From IMG/VR virus record IMGVR_UViG_3300025122_000012, positions 1-64,000 of that record: DNA of 64,000 nucleotides; one strand, written 5' to 3'. A model generated the notes under the pieces. The model was given only the letters and a program-made list of their open reading frames with translations. It was not told the DNA's origin and ran no database searches. Numbering within the stretch: the first letter of the stretch is position 1; every line of letters begins with the position of its first letter. Below, in pieces: positions 49,186 through 59,806 of this stretch. The translations under genes and the position numbers were made by a program. The DNA comes from a virus.

Positions 49186-51009
49186 TTAGACTAGATCTTG
49201 TACAATCACAAGACCATACATGTCTGGACGCACCATCTTCTTGGCGTATCGAGTCATGACTCCCTTGCGGGGCACGAAATCTTCAACACCGAAGATAGTA
49301 GGCGTAGTCTGTAGTGGCACGTACGGAGCGTAAACGTAGCCGCTTTCGAGGAAACTACCTCCGCGTCGACCAACAAGGATCAAACTACGGGGGAAGTATG
49401 GATCGACATAAATGTCGAACTTCTTGGAAAGCGAACCGACCTTCACGGTTCCGATATCACCACGATCGCTATCAGCAGTCACGTTAGCGCGGAAGCCAGC
49501 CGTGAACTCAAGGATGTTGGCAACTTCAGGTCCGCAGACAACAAAGTTGGCAGCACCGCGTAGAGTCTTGCGGTGGATCTGGGCAGAAACATCGTTGATT
49601 GTCTCAACGAGAGTCTCATACCACTCACTAACGTTACCAGTGAAGTCAGGCGTCGTCGACGCACCGATTTCCACACCGGTCTCCCGATTGACGAAGCGTC
49701 CAGCTGCACGGGACCAGTACCGAGTACCAGCCGTAGAGCCACGAACGAGATCTTCAACAATCTCACGATCGATTTCAAGAGCGATCTGCTCAGACAGAAT
49801 CTGAGTAAGCTCGACCTCGGCATCAAGGTTGTGGTAGGCGTTAAGATCCTGTCCTAACTCCGGAGTCCACTTAGCCTTGAGCTTCTTGGTAACCGCGGTG
49901 ACGGCCACACTGTCGACCTTGATGTCGATCTCAGGAATGTTTGGACTATTCTCTAGTCCCCACTCGCTTCCACCAACAACAGAACCAAGGGCTCCGCCAT
50001 TATCAAAGTCATCAGTCTCGGGATAAGACCACGTGTTGGCACCTGCGGCGCCGCCAGTGACCTGCATCGCTAGCGGGCTCGTACCCCCACTATCCGTGGT
50101 CGAAAACGTCATTAGTATATAATCCGAACTTCGATCGCCGACTGCGGCCCCATTTGAGGACGAACCGAACATCGAAAGGCGTCGAACCAGACGACCGGTA
50201 ACAGTATTGGCACTACCGGAAGCATTCAGGATGTTAAATCCACCATGGCCTGCAGTACCAGAAACCTGGATGGCCACAAGGTCATCAAGGTTGAGACGGC
50301 GCCCTTCGGCGTCGAAGTTGGTTACCAAGGTCTCGGCAACAATCACAGACGAACCAGAAAGATCCGGGTCGAACTGGGTCAGGGACCCAAGCGTGACATG
50401 ACTGTCGACGCCACTGGTACTACCCGTCTTGTTATTATCAGTTCCGGCGGTACCGGAAACGACAACACGCCAGAGACTACCAGCGAGGCCGCTTGAGCCA
50501 GTTGGAGACGAATAGCCGTTGTTAAGGGCATACGGGCCCTGCTGCGGGAGTGCACCCGAAGCGAGATCCACACCACCGGTGATCTGCGCACCAACAACTC
50601 CACCACCATACAGTGACGAAGAAGCGGGATAACCCAGACGTCCAGGTGAACTGGAGCGATCCCCAATCTCACCAGAAACGGTGAAATCCAGGAAGAAGAT
50701 GAGGCCCGAAGGCAAACTCATCGGTTGAACGCTGACGAGATCGTTAGCGATCAGTGAGCCGAATACACGGCGGACGAGGGGGAATGCGACAGCCGCAAAA
50801 CCCTCGACGTCGCCAGCTTGCATAGAGCTGGACTCTCGGAGTAACTCTTTTGCTTGATTTTCAAGCAGTCGAGCCATCCCATTCCGAATCGTATCATCAC
50901 CTAGTCCCTCTAGAAGACCGGTACTTTCCCACTTATTAATAAGTGTAGCACCTTCCTTCGCGAGGTCCCGATTAACGATACCTTCGGTTAATTTTTGTAC
51001 GATAGACAT
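49186..51009 (-). CDS. Major capsid protein (gp23-like)
   Basis: PLVRRVF..VSVQPM..GLIF, KLKAKWTPEL.QDL.AYH..DAE.EL, YAPYVPL, TRY. Confidence 0.96.
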   Translation of the reverse strand: MSIVQKLTEGIVNRDLAKEGATLINKWESTGLLEGLGDDTIRNGMARLLENQAKELLRESSSMQAGDVEGFAAVAFPLVRRVFGSLIANDLVSVQPMSLPSGLIFFLDFTVSGEIGDRSSSPGRLGYPASSSLYGGGVVGAQITGGVDLASGALPQQGPYALNNGYSSPTGSSGLAGSLWRVVVSGTAGTDNNKTGSTSGVDSHVTLGSLTQFDPDLSGSSVIVAETLVTNFDAEGRRLNLDDLVAIQVSGTAGHGGFNILNASGSANTVTGRLVRRLSMFGSSSNGAAVGDRSSDYILMTFSTTDSGGTSPLAMQVTGGAAGANTWSYPETDDFDNGGALGSVVGGSEWGLENSPNIPEIDIKVDSVAVTAVTKKLKAKWTPELGQDLNAYHNLDAEVELTQILSEQIALEIDREIVEDLVRGSTAGTRYWSRAAGRFVNRETGVEIGASTTPDFTGNVSEWYETLVETINDVSAQIHRKTLRGAANFVVCGPEVANILEFTAGFRANVTADSDRGDIGTVKVGSLSKKFDIYVDPYFPRSLILVGRRGGSFLESGYVYAPYVPLQTTPTIFGVEDFVPRKGVMTRYAKKMVRPDMYGLVIVQDLV

Positions 51010-51030
51010 TTATAACCTCCTAAATATAGT

Positions 51031-52206
51031 TTAGTCTAATCCTGCTAAACGCAGCATGCGATCCATTCTTGGATCATTGGGCGCCTTGCTTTCTTTTTGT
51101 GAGCTAAGGAGTAGTGAAGTAGGACGCGATATGGCTTCACGAAGTGTTTGTGGTCTCGAACTATTCCTAGATTGCGAAACGCCCACTGCGTTTTGAATTG
51201 TTGCGAACAATACTTCAGTTTCCTCAACAGAATTGGCACGACTAACAGCTTCGACAATTTGGTGTTTTTGTCGCTCATTCAAGGAGGTGCTGCCTAATGC
51301 CTTGTTTTGGTAAACAAGCTTGGCATTTGCCAGGTTCAACTTTCTAAGCTGAACTTTGGCCTCTTGTAACAAAGATTTTAACTCTTTAACAGAAACATTA
51401 AGATTCATGATTCTTCCCTCATAGAGGTCGACGTCAGATTCAGTCGAAACTGAACTCGCCTCCTCTTCTAATTCCTCACCGTCTTCGCTGAGGTGTGCCG
51501 CTGAGGCTGCGGCAATTGCATTGTTGTTGGCTTCCTCGGTGCTATTATAAGCAGACCCGAGCGAAGACCATCCCTGGAGTTCTGGTGACATGTCTACATT
51601 GAGAAGTTCGCTAACTAATGAGTCGAGCATCTCTTCAGACAAATCAATTTCGTCATCTAAGCCTTCTTCCACGGCGGCCTTCTCAATATCTTCATCGCTC
51701 TGAGATTGTGACTCTTTCTCGGCCGCTTGGCTGACCGGGTCATCTTCCAGACTAGCTTCTCCGGGGGTTTTAACCCCCAAAAAGCCAATTCCATCCTCCT
51801 GCAGTTCCATTGCGGTTTCTTCAGAGCCCATTAACTCATCCGGGGAGGCAGAAATTCCCTCGGCTTCTTCTTCTTCAAGACGAGCCTTCAATTGATCGAA
51901 ATTAATCTCTACGATTTCATCCTCGGCGGGGGCATCCAACTCTTCAGTTTGAAAAGCAAAGGGAGTTTCTTCCAAAAATGAGGCATCACCCGGTGTAACA
52001 GGTTCGGCGCCGCCGCCGGCCGGTTCAGCGCCCAGGTCGCCGCCCAGCTCATCGCCTAGGCCTAGATCATCTTGCTCTAATAGACGCGTTAGTGCACTTT
52101 TCACTTCGGACGAATACTTTTCTAATACCACATCCTCAGCATTTTTCAATGCTGCTTCCTTAAGTGCTTTCGCATCAATTATTGCTTCTTCTAACAACGA
52201 AGACAT
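51031..52206 (-). CDS. Prohead scaffold/core protein (gp22-like)
   Basis: Acidic coiled coil immediately upstream of the capsid gene; ends RMLRLAGLD. Confidence 0.75.
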   Translation of the reverse strand: MSSLLEEAIIDAKALKEAALKNAEDVVLEKYSSEVKSALTRLLEQDDLGLGDELGGDLGAEPAGGGAEPVTPGDASFLEETPFAFQTEELDAPAEDEIVEINFDQLKARLEEEEAEGISASPDELMGSEETAMELQEDGIGFLGVKTPGEASLEDDPVSQAAEKESQSQSDEDIEKAAVEEGLDDEIDLSEEMLDSLVSELLNVDMSPELQGWSSLGSAYNSTEEANNNAIAAASAAHLSEDGEELEEEASSVSTESDVDLYEGRIMNLNVSVKELKSLLQEAKVQLRKLNLANAKLVYQNKALGSTSLNERQKHQIVEAVSRANSVEETEVLFATIQNAVGVSQSRNSSRPQTLREAISRPTSLLLSSQKESKAPNDPRMDRMLRLAGLD

Positions 52207-52330
52207 AGAATTAACTCCAATTCCGATAGGTAATCAAAATAAATAGTATGTAAGACAGGGAAATGACTAATAGTTGTGATTTCAATGCAGGGAGAAGTTG
52301 TTTTATTGATCATTGGGGGGCCCGGGCCGT

Positions 52331-53146
52331 TTAGTTATCAGACAATCTCCACACTCGTAACGAATCGATATTGTTTGAAGGTCCGGTGGAGACGGCGTGG
52401 TAGCCGGCCGCAGTTAGAACAACGCGCGCGGTTGACGGCTTTGTAAGCAACCCTGTGGAGAGGTCTGCGCCGCGGCCTCTCATATTGGGGCCAGTAACAG
52501 AAGCCCAGAGCGTACCCCGCTTTGTTCCGCCGTCTACAGTGGCATCCTGTGAGTCGCTTGTATAACAGGTCCAAAGACCACTGCTTTCTAAGTAAACCCA
52601 ATATGTTTGCTCGCTTCCGGTAAAGCCGGCGCTGGAGTCGCCAGTCTCTTCTGCCGCTCCCAAGAAGAAATAAATCGCATCGACTCCATTATGATAAGTT
52701 CCAAAAAGCGGGCTATAGCCCTTGGTCTTGGCGGCGGTATTATAGAATCCAAAGAGCATGCGCGCGTAGTTCCCGGCGGGGCTTTGAAAACCGGGGGTAA
52801 TTATTTGCACTGCATATCTGGATGAATCAGTAAGACTGCTATCTAGGTCGCTAAGGTCTATCGCTAGCGCAGGCGTGTCCTGTTTGGCCCCATACCAGTC
52901 GCACACCCCTGTTCCTTTGGGGTGCAATACAAGAGTGCTGCCATCTGGACCGAAGGTATTTGCATTTCCGCCGTTTTGGATATCCCAAGTTTTTCCGTCC
53001 AAGGAAACCGAAGTCTCGCCGGTCCAATCAGCCGATGACAAAGACGTAAAATCAATCTCTGTTAATAATACAGAACCATCTAACTCCACTCCACTAATGC
53101 CTTTTATTCTGCTCATTTCTACTCCTAGTATGCTCGTAGCTCCCAT
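52331..53146 (-). CDS. Putative virion surface protein with beta-sandwich domain
   Basis: Last gene of the fibre cluster. Confidence 0.5.
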   Translation of the reverse strand: MGATSILGVEMSRIKGISGVELDGSVLLTEIDFTSLSSADWTGETSVSLDGKTWDIQNGGNANTFGPDGSTLVLHPKGTGVCDWYGAKQDTPALAIDLSDLDSSLTDSSRYAVQIITPGFQSPAGNYARMLFGFYNTAAKTKGYSPLFGTYHNGVDAIYFFLGAAEETGDSSAGFTGSEQTYWVYLESSGLWTCYTSDSQDATVDGGTKRGTLWASVTGPNMRGRGADLSTGLLTKPSTARVVLTAAGYHAVSTGPSNNIDSLRVWRLSDN

Positions 53147-53149
53147 TTT

Positions 53150-54079
53150 TTAACCTATCTCAACATATGTTGCGTCCGGATTAAAATAGATTACATTTGT
53201 TGTATCCGTGCTATAACCTACGGTCCTTACATAAGAATCGCTGGCTGACGGAACTTGATCGCTTATGTACCCGTTGCTTCCGGAATGTACATAAACCGGT
53301 CCCCCTTTTACAAAAGAACCTGAATAATAAGTGTGGACATCAAAAAATCCACGAATCAACATTCCATCTTCGGCCGGTTTGGCGCCCATTGAAATCCCAA
53401 GAAATTGAGTGTGACCGCTGCCCGTGGCTTCGGCCGAGGCCGATGCCCATCCGCCATCACTGTTAAGATAATAGAGGGCCCCTGTTTCGAGTCCCGCAGA
53501 CGAAGTCCCAAAAAATACCACCTCGCCGCCTCCTTCGTCATTATCAAGGTTTGTGGGATCCCCAGATCCGGTGTAATGTATATCAAGCGAGACAGCAGGC
53601 GCCGAAGTGCATATACCGACTCTATCAACTCCCCCCGATACATATAGAGCATAGTCGGTATTGGTTGTCATAACCTTAAAGTCGGTTGCGTCGCCCGAGG
53701 TACCAATTGATACGGTATCTAGACCATTCTCGTCTAGAGTCAGCATGGCTTTACCGCCGCACGTAAAGAGCATTCCATCAACCCCGGGTGTGCCGCCGCC
53801 CCCAAGTTTAATATGAGTGTCAGTATCATTATTGTTAATGATATAAGCAGTACCTGCCGAGCCGACACTTATATACCCCTCTACATCAAGAGTATAATCG
53901 GGGGAATCTGTGCCGATCCCCACTCTCGCCGTTGAGCCGCTTACAACAAAAACGGTAGTGCCGCCAGCAACAACTCCTACGGCGTCCTCGTTCCAGTCTA
54001 AATACGTATTTCCCTGTGCATCATCCTCATTATAGATGTCGCCGCGCTCTACGGAACCTGTTGCAAACTTATATGCCAT
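53150..54079 (-). CDS. Fibre-like virion protein
   Basis: MAYKF N-terminus; RVGIGTDSP / RVGICTSAP repeats. Confidence 0.65.
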   Translation of the reverse strand: MAYKFATGSVERGDIYNEDDAQGNTYLDWNEDAVGVVAGGTTVFVVSGSTARVGIGTDSPDYTLDVEGYISVGSAGTAYIINNNDTDTHIKLGGGGTPGVDGMLFTCGGKAMLTLDENGLDTVSIGTSGDATDFKVMTTNTDYALYVSGGVDRVGICTSAPAVSLDIHYTGSGDPTNLDNDEGGGEVVFFGTSSAGLETGALYYLNSDGGWASASAEATGSGHTQFLGISMGAKPAEDGMLIRGFFDVHTYYSGSFVKGGPVYVHSGSNGYISDQVPSASDSYVRTVGYSTDTTNVIYFNPDATYVEIG

Positions 54080-54090
54080 AATCGTTTATC

Positions 54091-55269
54091 CTAGAAGATG
54101 TTCCATTGGGTACCGTCGCTGATAAGGAACACAGAGGCTCCGGCAGTCTCCAGCGTTAGCTCACCATTTCCATCAATAACGTCTGCTATGTCGGAGCCAG
54201 TAATAGTTACAGTGCCGCTCATCAGTCCATGGCGCTTAACAGCATATTGATAATTTGCGCCAACACTAGCCGAGGGCAAGATCATCGTAATAGTGGCGGT
54301 GCCTCCGCTAACCACCTGATACATAGTGGCGGTTGAGGCAGTCAAGTGCGTATTGGTGGTAACGGTGGTCACTTTGTATTGGGCGCCACCACTTACCGCT
54401 AGTTGTCCCCCGAAAATTGTGTTGCCCACCACCTGTGCGCCGGCCGAGCTTGAAAGCAGCCCGCTCAATGTGGCCGTTGTTACGCCCGCAAGAGCACCAG
54501 CATTCGTGATTCCCCCCACCTGAAGATTGAGAGAGGTCAGCACGCCGGCTTCCCCTTGAATCCCCGAACCGGATATCGTACTAGAGAATGTAGCAGTTGT
54601 GCCCCCGGCGACAGCGCCGGCATTCGTAATTCCGCCGACCTGAAGGTTGAGAGAAGTCAGTGTACCAGCTTCCCCACTGAGGTTGGCGCCCGAGATGGCG
54701 CCAGTGACATTCAATGTACTACCAAGATTTGCCCCTCCTTGGAACAGAAGATCGCCAGAGCCCGAAAGGGCGCCGGACATGTTAATGTCGGACATGGAGC
54801 CAGTACCGGCGAAAGTGACCGAGCCCGAAACTTTTAGGTAGCCCGAGGTTTCAAGGCCGGTGGACGAATAGTGGCGCGCGGAGCCTGAAACATTTCCAGC
54901 AATACCTGTTAGATTTGAGCCGTCACCATGATAGGCGCCCGAAATTGCAATGTCGCCCGAAGACGAAATGGAGCCGACGAATACACCACCAGCAGAACTG
55001 GAAACTGCACCCGCTAAGGTCGTAGACCCGGTTACTTTGAGATAACCGGATGTCTCTAGGCCCGTTGTCAGTTGTGCAGTCGTACCTGAAATTGACGTAA
55101 CAGTAAGACCGGTAATACCCGCACCATCTCCAAACAACGTTGCTGCATGCACGGCTCCCGTTACGGCAATGTCCCCCGATGAAGACATAGAGCCTACCGC
55201 TCTAATTGTAGATGAGCCCGAAACGAGTCCGGCGAGGTGTGCTGCACCTAATTGAACCTTATATGCCAC
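54091..55269 (-). CDS. Fibre-like virion protein with ETSGYLKV repeats
   Basis: GTG start 55269 with GGAG RBS; ends DGTQWNIF. Confidence 0.7.
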   Translation of the reverse strand: MAYKVQLGAAHLAGLVSGSSTIRAVGSMSSSGDIAVTGAVHAATLFGDGAGITGLTVTSISGTTAQLTTGLETSGYLKVTGSTTLAGAVSSSAGGVFVGSISSSGDIAISGAYHGDGSNLTGIAGNVSGSARHYSSTGLETSGYLKVSGSVTFAGTGSMSDINMSGALSGSGDLLFQGGANLGSTLNVTGAISGANLSGEAGTLTSLNLQVGGITNAGAVAGGTTATFSSTISGSGIQGEAGVLTSLNLQVGGITNAGALAGVTTATLSGLLSSSAGAQVVGNTIFGGQLAVSGGAQYKVTTVTTNTHLTASTATMYQVVSGGTATITMILPSASVGANYQYAVKRHGLMSGTVTITGSDIADVIDGNGELTLETAGASVFLISDGTQWNIF

Positions 55270-55312
55270 AAAAGTGTCTCCCGATGTACACAATAAATAG
55301 CTTCTTAAATGC

Positions 55313-55346
55313 AAAAGAGCGTCTACTCCGAAGAATAGACGCCCTT
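55313..55346 (-). terminator. Intrinsic terminator with cUUCGg loop
   Basis: GGGCGTCTATTC-TTCG-GAGTAGACGCTC-TTTT. Confidence 0.8.
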
Positions 55347-55391
55347 AAGATTTTGTATCTAAGTTTTATCTTAGAGAGTTTTATCTTCGAC

Positions 55392-56291
55392 TTAGAAGAT
55401 GTTCCATTGAGTACCATCCGCAATCAGGAATACAGAGGCTCCAACAGTTGACAGAGTAATGCTTGCATTTCCATCAATCAACTGTGAGGCCGCATCTCCG
55501 CCGCTACCGGTAATAACAACATTTCCACTCATAAGCGAGTGGCGTTTAATCATATACGAATAGTTCGTGTTACTAGCCGAGGGCATAGTAAGTGTAATAC
55601 CACTCGTTCCTCCACTCACGATCTGATAAGACCGGTCGCTAGAGGCAGTAAGTTCCGTATTGGTAATGATCGTACCTAGCTTGTGTCCTTCGGGACCAGA
55701 GAAAACCGCTGTGGCCTTGACTTGCATAGTATCAGACGTCGAATCGCCGACAACCAGGTTACCACTGACATCCAGATTTCCACCAAAGATGGAGTTGCCA
55801 ACAAACTGAGCACCAACGCCACTTGAAACAAACGTTGCAGCATTGAAAACAATTGCACCGGGGGCGTTAATATCTAGATTTTGCCCTTGATTGGTAATCT
55901 TCGCAGTGTTAGACGAACCGTTGAAGGAGAGCGAGTTGCCCGACTCCATCCGAACCGTACCACTCATCTTCATCGCTCCAACAAAAACTGATGCACCAAC
56001 AATCTCTGCCGCGGCAGAACTCGAAAGTTTGCCGGCGAGTGTAGTAGACCCGGTTACTTTGAGGTATCCGGATGTCTCTACGCCAGTGGTAAGCTGAGCA
56101 GTAGTACCTGAAATTGCCGCAACAGTAAGGCCGGTAATACCGGCGCCACCACCATACAGCTGTGCAGCATGAATTGCTCCCGTAACGGCAATGTCGCCGG
56201 AAGATGAAAGGGACCCAACGGCTTTTACCGTTGACGAACCTGATATAAGGCCATCCGCGTGGAATGCGCCCTTTTGAAATTTGTATGCCAC
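55392..56291 (-). CDS. Fibre-like virion protein, paralogue of 54091-55269
   Basis: Near-identical N- and C-terminal blocks. Confidence 0.7.
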   Translation of the reverse strand: MAYKFQKGAFHADGLISGSSTVKAVGSLSSSGDIAVTGAIHAAQLYGGGAGITGLTVAAISGTTAQLTTGVETSGYLKVTGSTTLAGKLSSSAAAEIVGASVFVGAMKMSGTVRMESGNSLSFNGSSNTAKITNQGQNLDINAPGAIVFNAATFVSSGVGAQFVGNSIFGGNLDVSGNLVVGDSTSDTMQVKATAVFSGPEGHKLGTIITNTELTASSDRSYQIVSGGTSGITLTMPSASNTNYSYMIKRHSLMSGNVVITGSGGDAASQLIDGNASITLSTVGASVFLIADGTQWNIF

Positions 56292-56478
56292 TTTAAATCC
56301 TCCTTGGTTATGGCAAAACGGGTGAAAAATTCATTAAATCATATGATTATGCGCACAATCTGAAAGAGTAAAAAATAAGATATATAAGTACCCACTCCCG
56401 TTTTTCTTCTATAACATATAGTGTGCCGCGTCGCAAACTCCCCTAATTGAAAAGATGTTTATACATATATTTTTAGAG

Positions 56479-59400
56479 TTAGTAGATGAACCAATTTGAG
56501 CCATCTGTGTAAAAGTGGGCGGCCCCATAAGGAGAGTTAATATCAAAGCTCGCAACTCCATCAATAGTTTCTGACCCATCGCCGTCGATCGTGATAGCGT
56601 TGGCGCCGGCTTGGCCGGTCTCATCTTTAATAACATAAGTTTTGCCGGTTCCGGCTGCCGCGGCTACTGGCAGTGTTAGGGTCACGGCGTTAGATGTAGG
56701 ATCAACCCCTATATAATAGTCTGTTACCAATACTGTGTAAGTCGCGGCCGTAATGGCACTTCGAGGATATGTAATACCTCCCCCAAACGTTGAACTACCC
56801 GACACGTTCAGTGCCGCCCCCAAGGTCACGGCTCCCACAGCCTGTAGAGTACTGGATCCAGATATAGAACCGGTGGCCACCACTGACGAAAGGGAGCCAG
56901 TCCCCACCAAAGTTGTAGATCCCGTGACCCGTAGATACCCAGACGTTTCAAGGCCAGTTACAGAATAATGACGCGCGGAGCCTGAGACAGCGGCCGCTCC
57001 AATACCCGTTAAATTTGAACCATCGCCATAATAAGCAGCTGCATGAACGTTGCCTGTGACGGCTGTGTCTCCAGAGGAGGAAATAGAGCCCACGAGGACG
57101 GCGCCGGCCGATGAAGAAACAGCGCCAGCGAGTGTTGTGGAGCCTGTAACTTTCAAGTATCCCGAGGTTTCAAAACCCGCAACAGAGTAATGGCGCGCCG
57201 AACCCGAAACCCCTACGTTGGTCAAATTGGCCCCGTCGCCATAATATGCTGCCGCATGAACATTGCCTGTGACGGCTACATCTCCAGAGGACGAAACGGA
57301 GCTTCCGAAACGTGCTGTACTAGACGCAGATAACGTTCCCGTCATATTTAACGATGACACCGAACCAGTCCCCGCCAGGGTGACCGAACCAGAAGCCTTC
57401 AAATAGCCGGACGTTTCCATTCCTGTTGAAGAGTATTGACGTGCTGAGCCCGAAACGGCGTCGACACCGGTGAGGTTGGATCCGTCGCCATAATAGGATG
57501 CCGCGTGAACATTGCCTGTAACTGCCACATCTCCGGAGGACGAAACAGATTGAACAAAAGCAGCCCCATATGAAGACGAGAGTTGGCCGGCAGAGCCTAA
57601 GACGATGTCACCGGTGCGGCCGTCGGCGCCCAATTGAAGATCCGACGAAGAACCTGCCCTGAGTTCGAGCACTGCATTCGAGACAAGATTAAAGGTACCT
57701 GCTCCAGTAGAAGTAATTTCTGCGCCGCCGCCCGGTGATGTGAAAAGGATCTGTGGCGTGGCGTTGCCGGCGTTTGGAGCTAAAGTGATATCGCCCGCAT
57801 ACACCTGACCACTGGAACTCACGCTACCTGCTACTGTAACAGCCCCTGAAACATTAAGAGTGCTCCCCAGCGTAGTGGCGCCTACGGTTTGCAAAGTGCT
57901 GGAGCCCGATATAGAGCCCGTAGCAACAATAGAAGAAAAAGAGCCAGTTGCCGCCAAAGTCGCAGCCCCCGACACGGCCAGAGTGCTCCCCAAAGTAGTG
58001 GCACCCACAGCTTGAAGGGTGCTAGACCCGGACAAGGTACCAGATGCATTAACTGAAGAAAAAGATCCGGTTCCCCCCACGGTAAGCGTACCCGAAACGC
58101 TCAGTGCGCCCCCAAAAATAGAGTCGCCCACGATTTGCGTTCCCGCCGAACTAGAAAGAACGGCATCGGTGGGATTGTAAACAAGACCCGTGTTGCCCCC
58201 AAGCCCCAAAGAACCATCACTTTGAAAATCTTCTGTGAACACCACTCTATATGATAGATCACCAGTTGAGCTCGTGACGTCTATTCCGTCGGCTGAAAGA
58301 TTAGTAAGGCCTGAGCCGTCGCCATATAAGGTAGCCGCATGGAGGGCGCCACTAAGAGCTACATCGCCGGAAGATGAAAGAGACGACGCCCACGTTGCTC
58401 CCGCCGAAGATGAAAGCGACCCAACTAAAGTAGTAGACCCAGTTACTTTAAGGTATCCCGACGTCTCCACCCCCGTAACTGAGTATTGGCGGGCGGCGCC
58501 AGACATGGAAGTAAGGACACCGGTGAGGCCGGAGCCATCCCCATACAAAGTAGCTGCATGCAAGGCACCCGTCAAGGCCATATCGCCCGAGGAAGAGATC
58601 GACGACCCCCAAACGGCTCCGGCTGACGAAGACAGCGAGTTTGCTAAGGTTGTAGACCCGGTCACCTTCAAATAGCCGGATGTCTCTAGTCCAGTAGCAG
58701 AATATTGACGGGCTGATCCGGAAGCACTGGAGCCCACACCCGCTAAATTCGATCCATCGCCATAATAGGTGGTGGCATGAATGGCACCGGTGACGGCAAT
58801 ATCACCCGATGAAGACACAGAACCAGCCCAGGTTGCGCCGGCCGATGATGAAATGGCACCTTGAAGAGTTGTGGAACCCGTCACCTTCAGATAGCCCGAA
58901 CTTTCAACGCCTGTCGAACTATAAACTAGCGCCGAACCTGATGGCGCCAAATCACCCGTAGCCGCAATAGTAAGACCGCCCCCGGCGCCGCCATCTGTCA
59001 GGGTAATATTGCTCCCAGCAGTCAGTACTCGTTCTTGGGTGAGCGCATCCGTAGCTTCAAGCACCACGTACTGAGCATTGTTGGGGGCTTTGGGAACGGC
59101 AGGAGGTGGTGCCGGGGCGGGCTCTGATGAGGGTACGGCGCCCGGGCCAGATGTCACAATTTGCGGAGTCATCTCACCGCGGATGCGGAAGGTGCCGCGG
59201 CGCGCTTTTATGCACTCCGCACTAATTTGAAATTTGTGCTCTACTTGACCAAAGTAATAGCGCGTATCATTATAGGTTCGAGCAATCTCATAAAACTCAT
59301 CTCCATATTGAACAAAATCTCCAACACGGACAAAAAGATCTTGGTCTTGTGTGAGCCTCTTGCGATTAAAATTAACTGTGAGCTTCGTTTGGTATTCATA

Positions 59401-59670
59401 TCCGTAGCGCTCGTTCGTTTGTTCGTTTTCAACTGTAACGTACGCGTAAACACGCACAGGCGCAAGTGTAACCTTGTCAACAGCTTCGCCATAAATCGGG
59501 TGATAATTAGAATCTTCTAAACTCACGGCGTAATAGGCTATAGTTTGGCCTACTACGCGCTCGGCGAGTTCATCATTTACTTGTTTTACTAGGTCACGTT
59601 CTTTTTTGCCAAAGAACATGGGTGGGGGCGCTGATTCAGGTTGGTCCCACTTATTTACTGGATCTGCCAT
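56479..59670 (-). CDS. gp14-like neck/head-closure domain fused to an S/G/T-rich repeat fibre
   Basis: N-terminal ~165 aa (ERDLVKQVNDEL..YGEA..VGDFV..FYEI..YFGQ), Pro linker, six ~70-aa repeats. Confidence 0.65.
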   Translation of the reverse strand: MADPVNKWDQPESAPPPMFFGKKERDLVKQVNDELAERVVGQTIAYYAVSLEDSNYHPIYGEAVDKVTLAPVRVYAYVTVENEQTNERYGYEYQTKLTVNFNRKRLTQDQDLFVRVGDFVQYGDEFYEIARTYNDTRYYFGQVEHKFQISAECIKARRGTFRIRGEMTPQIVTSGPGAVPSSEPAPAPPPAVPKAPNNAQYVVLEATDALTQERVLTAGSNITLTDGGAGGGLTIAATGDLAPSGSALVYSSTGVESSGYLKVTGSTTLQGAISSSAGATWAGSVSSSGDIAVTGAIHATTYYGDGSNLAGVGSSASGSARQYSATGLETSGYLKVTGSTTLANSLSSSAGAVWGSSISSSGDMALTGALHAATLYGDGSGLTGVLTSMSGAARQYSVTGVETSGYLKVTGSTTLVGSLSSSAGATWASSLSSSGDVALSGALHAATLYGDGSGLTNLSADGIDVTSSTGDLSYRVVFTEDFQSDGSLGLGGNTGLVYNPTDAVLSSSAGTQIVGDSIFGGALSVSGTLTVGGTGSFSSVNASGTLSGSSTLQAVGATTLGSTLAVSGAATLAATGSFSSIVATGSISGSSTLQTVGATTLGSTLNVSGAVTVAGSVSSSGQVYAGDITLAPNAGNATPQILFTSPGGGAEITSTGAGTFNLVSNAVLELRAGSSSDLQLGADGRTGDIVLGSAGQLSSSYGAAFVQSVSSSGDVAVTGNVHAASYYGDGSNLTGVDAVSGSARQYSSTGMETSGYLKASGSVTLAGTGSVSSLNMTGTLSASSTARFGSSVSSSGDVAVTGNVHAAAYYGDGANLTNVGVSGSARHYSVAGFETSGYLKVTGSTTLAGAVSSSAGAVLVGSISSSGDTAVTGNVHAAAYYGDGSNLTGIGAAAVSGSARHYSVTGLETSGYLRVTGSTTLVGTGSLSSVVATGSISGSSTLQAVGAVTLGAALNVSGSSTFGGGITYPRSAITAATYTVLVTDYYIGVDPTSNAVTLTLPVAAAAGTGKTYVIKDETGQAGANAITIDGDGSETIDGVASFDINSPYGAAHFYTDGSNWFIY

Positions 59671-59806
59671 CTAGTCACCCCGCTTGTCTGCCCACTGGCA
59701 TTTAATAAAAGCTCATGGTAACTAGATAGTTTAGCTGTTCCGCTCCTCCCCTTTTGCGTAACGTGCGTGTCGCATACCATCTTCTACCATAGCCTCACCG
59801 ATCCCG

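Noticed and set aside
54091-59670. Diversity-generating retroelement in the fibre repeats
   Set aside because: No reverse transcriptase in the window, and the differences are not adenine-specific.
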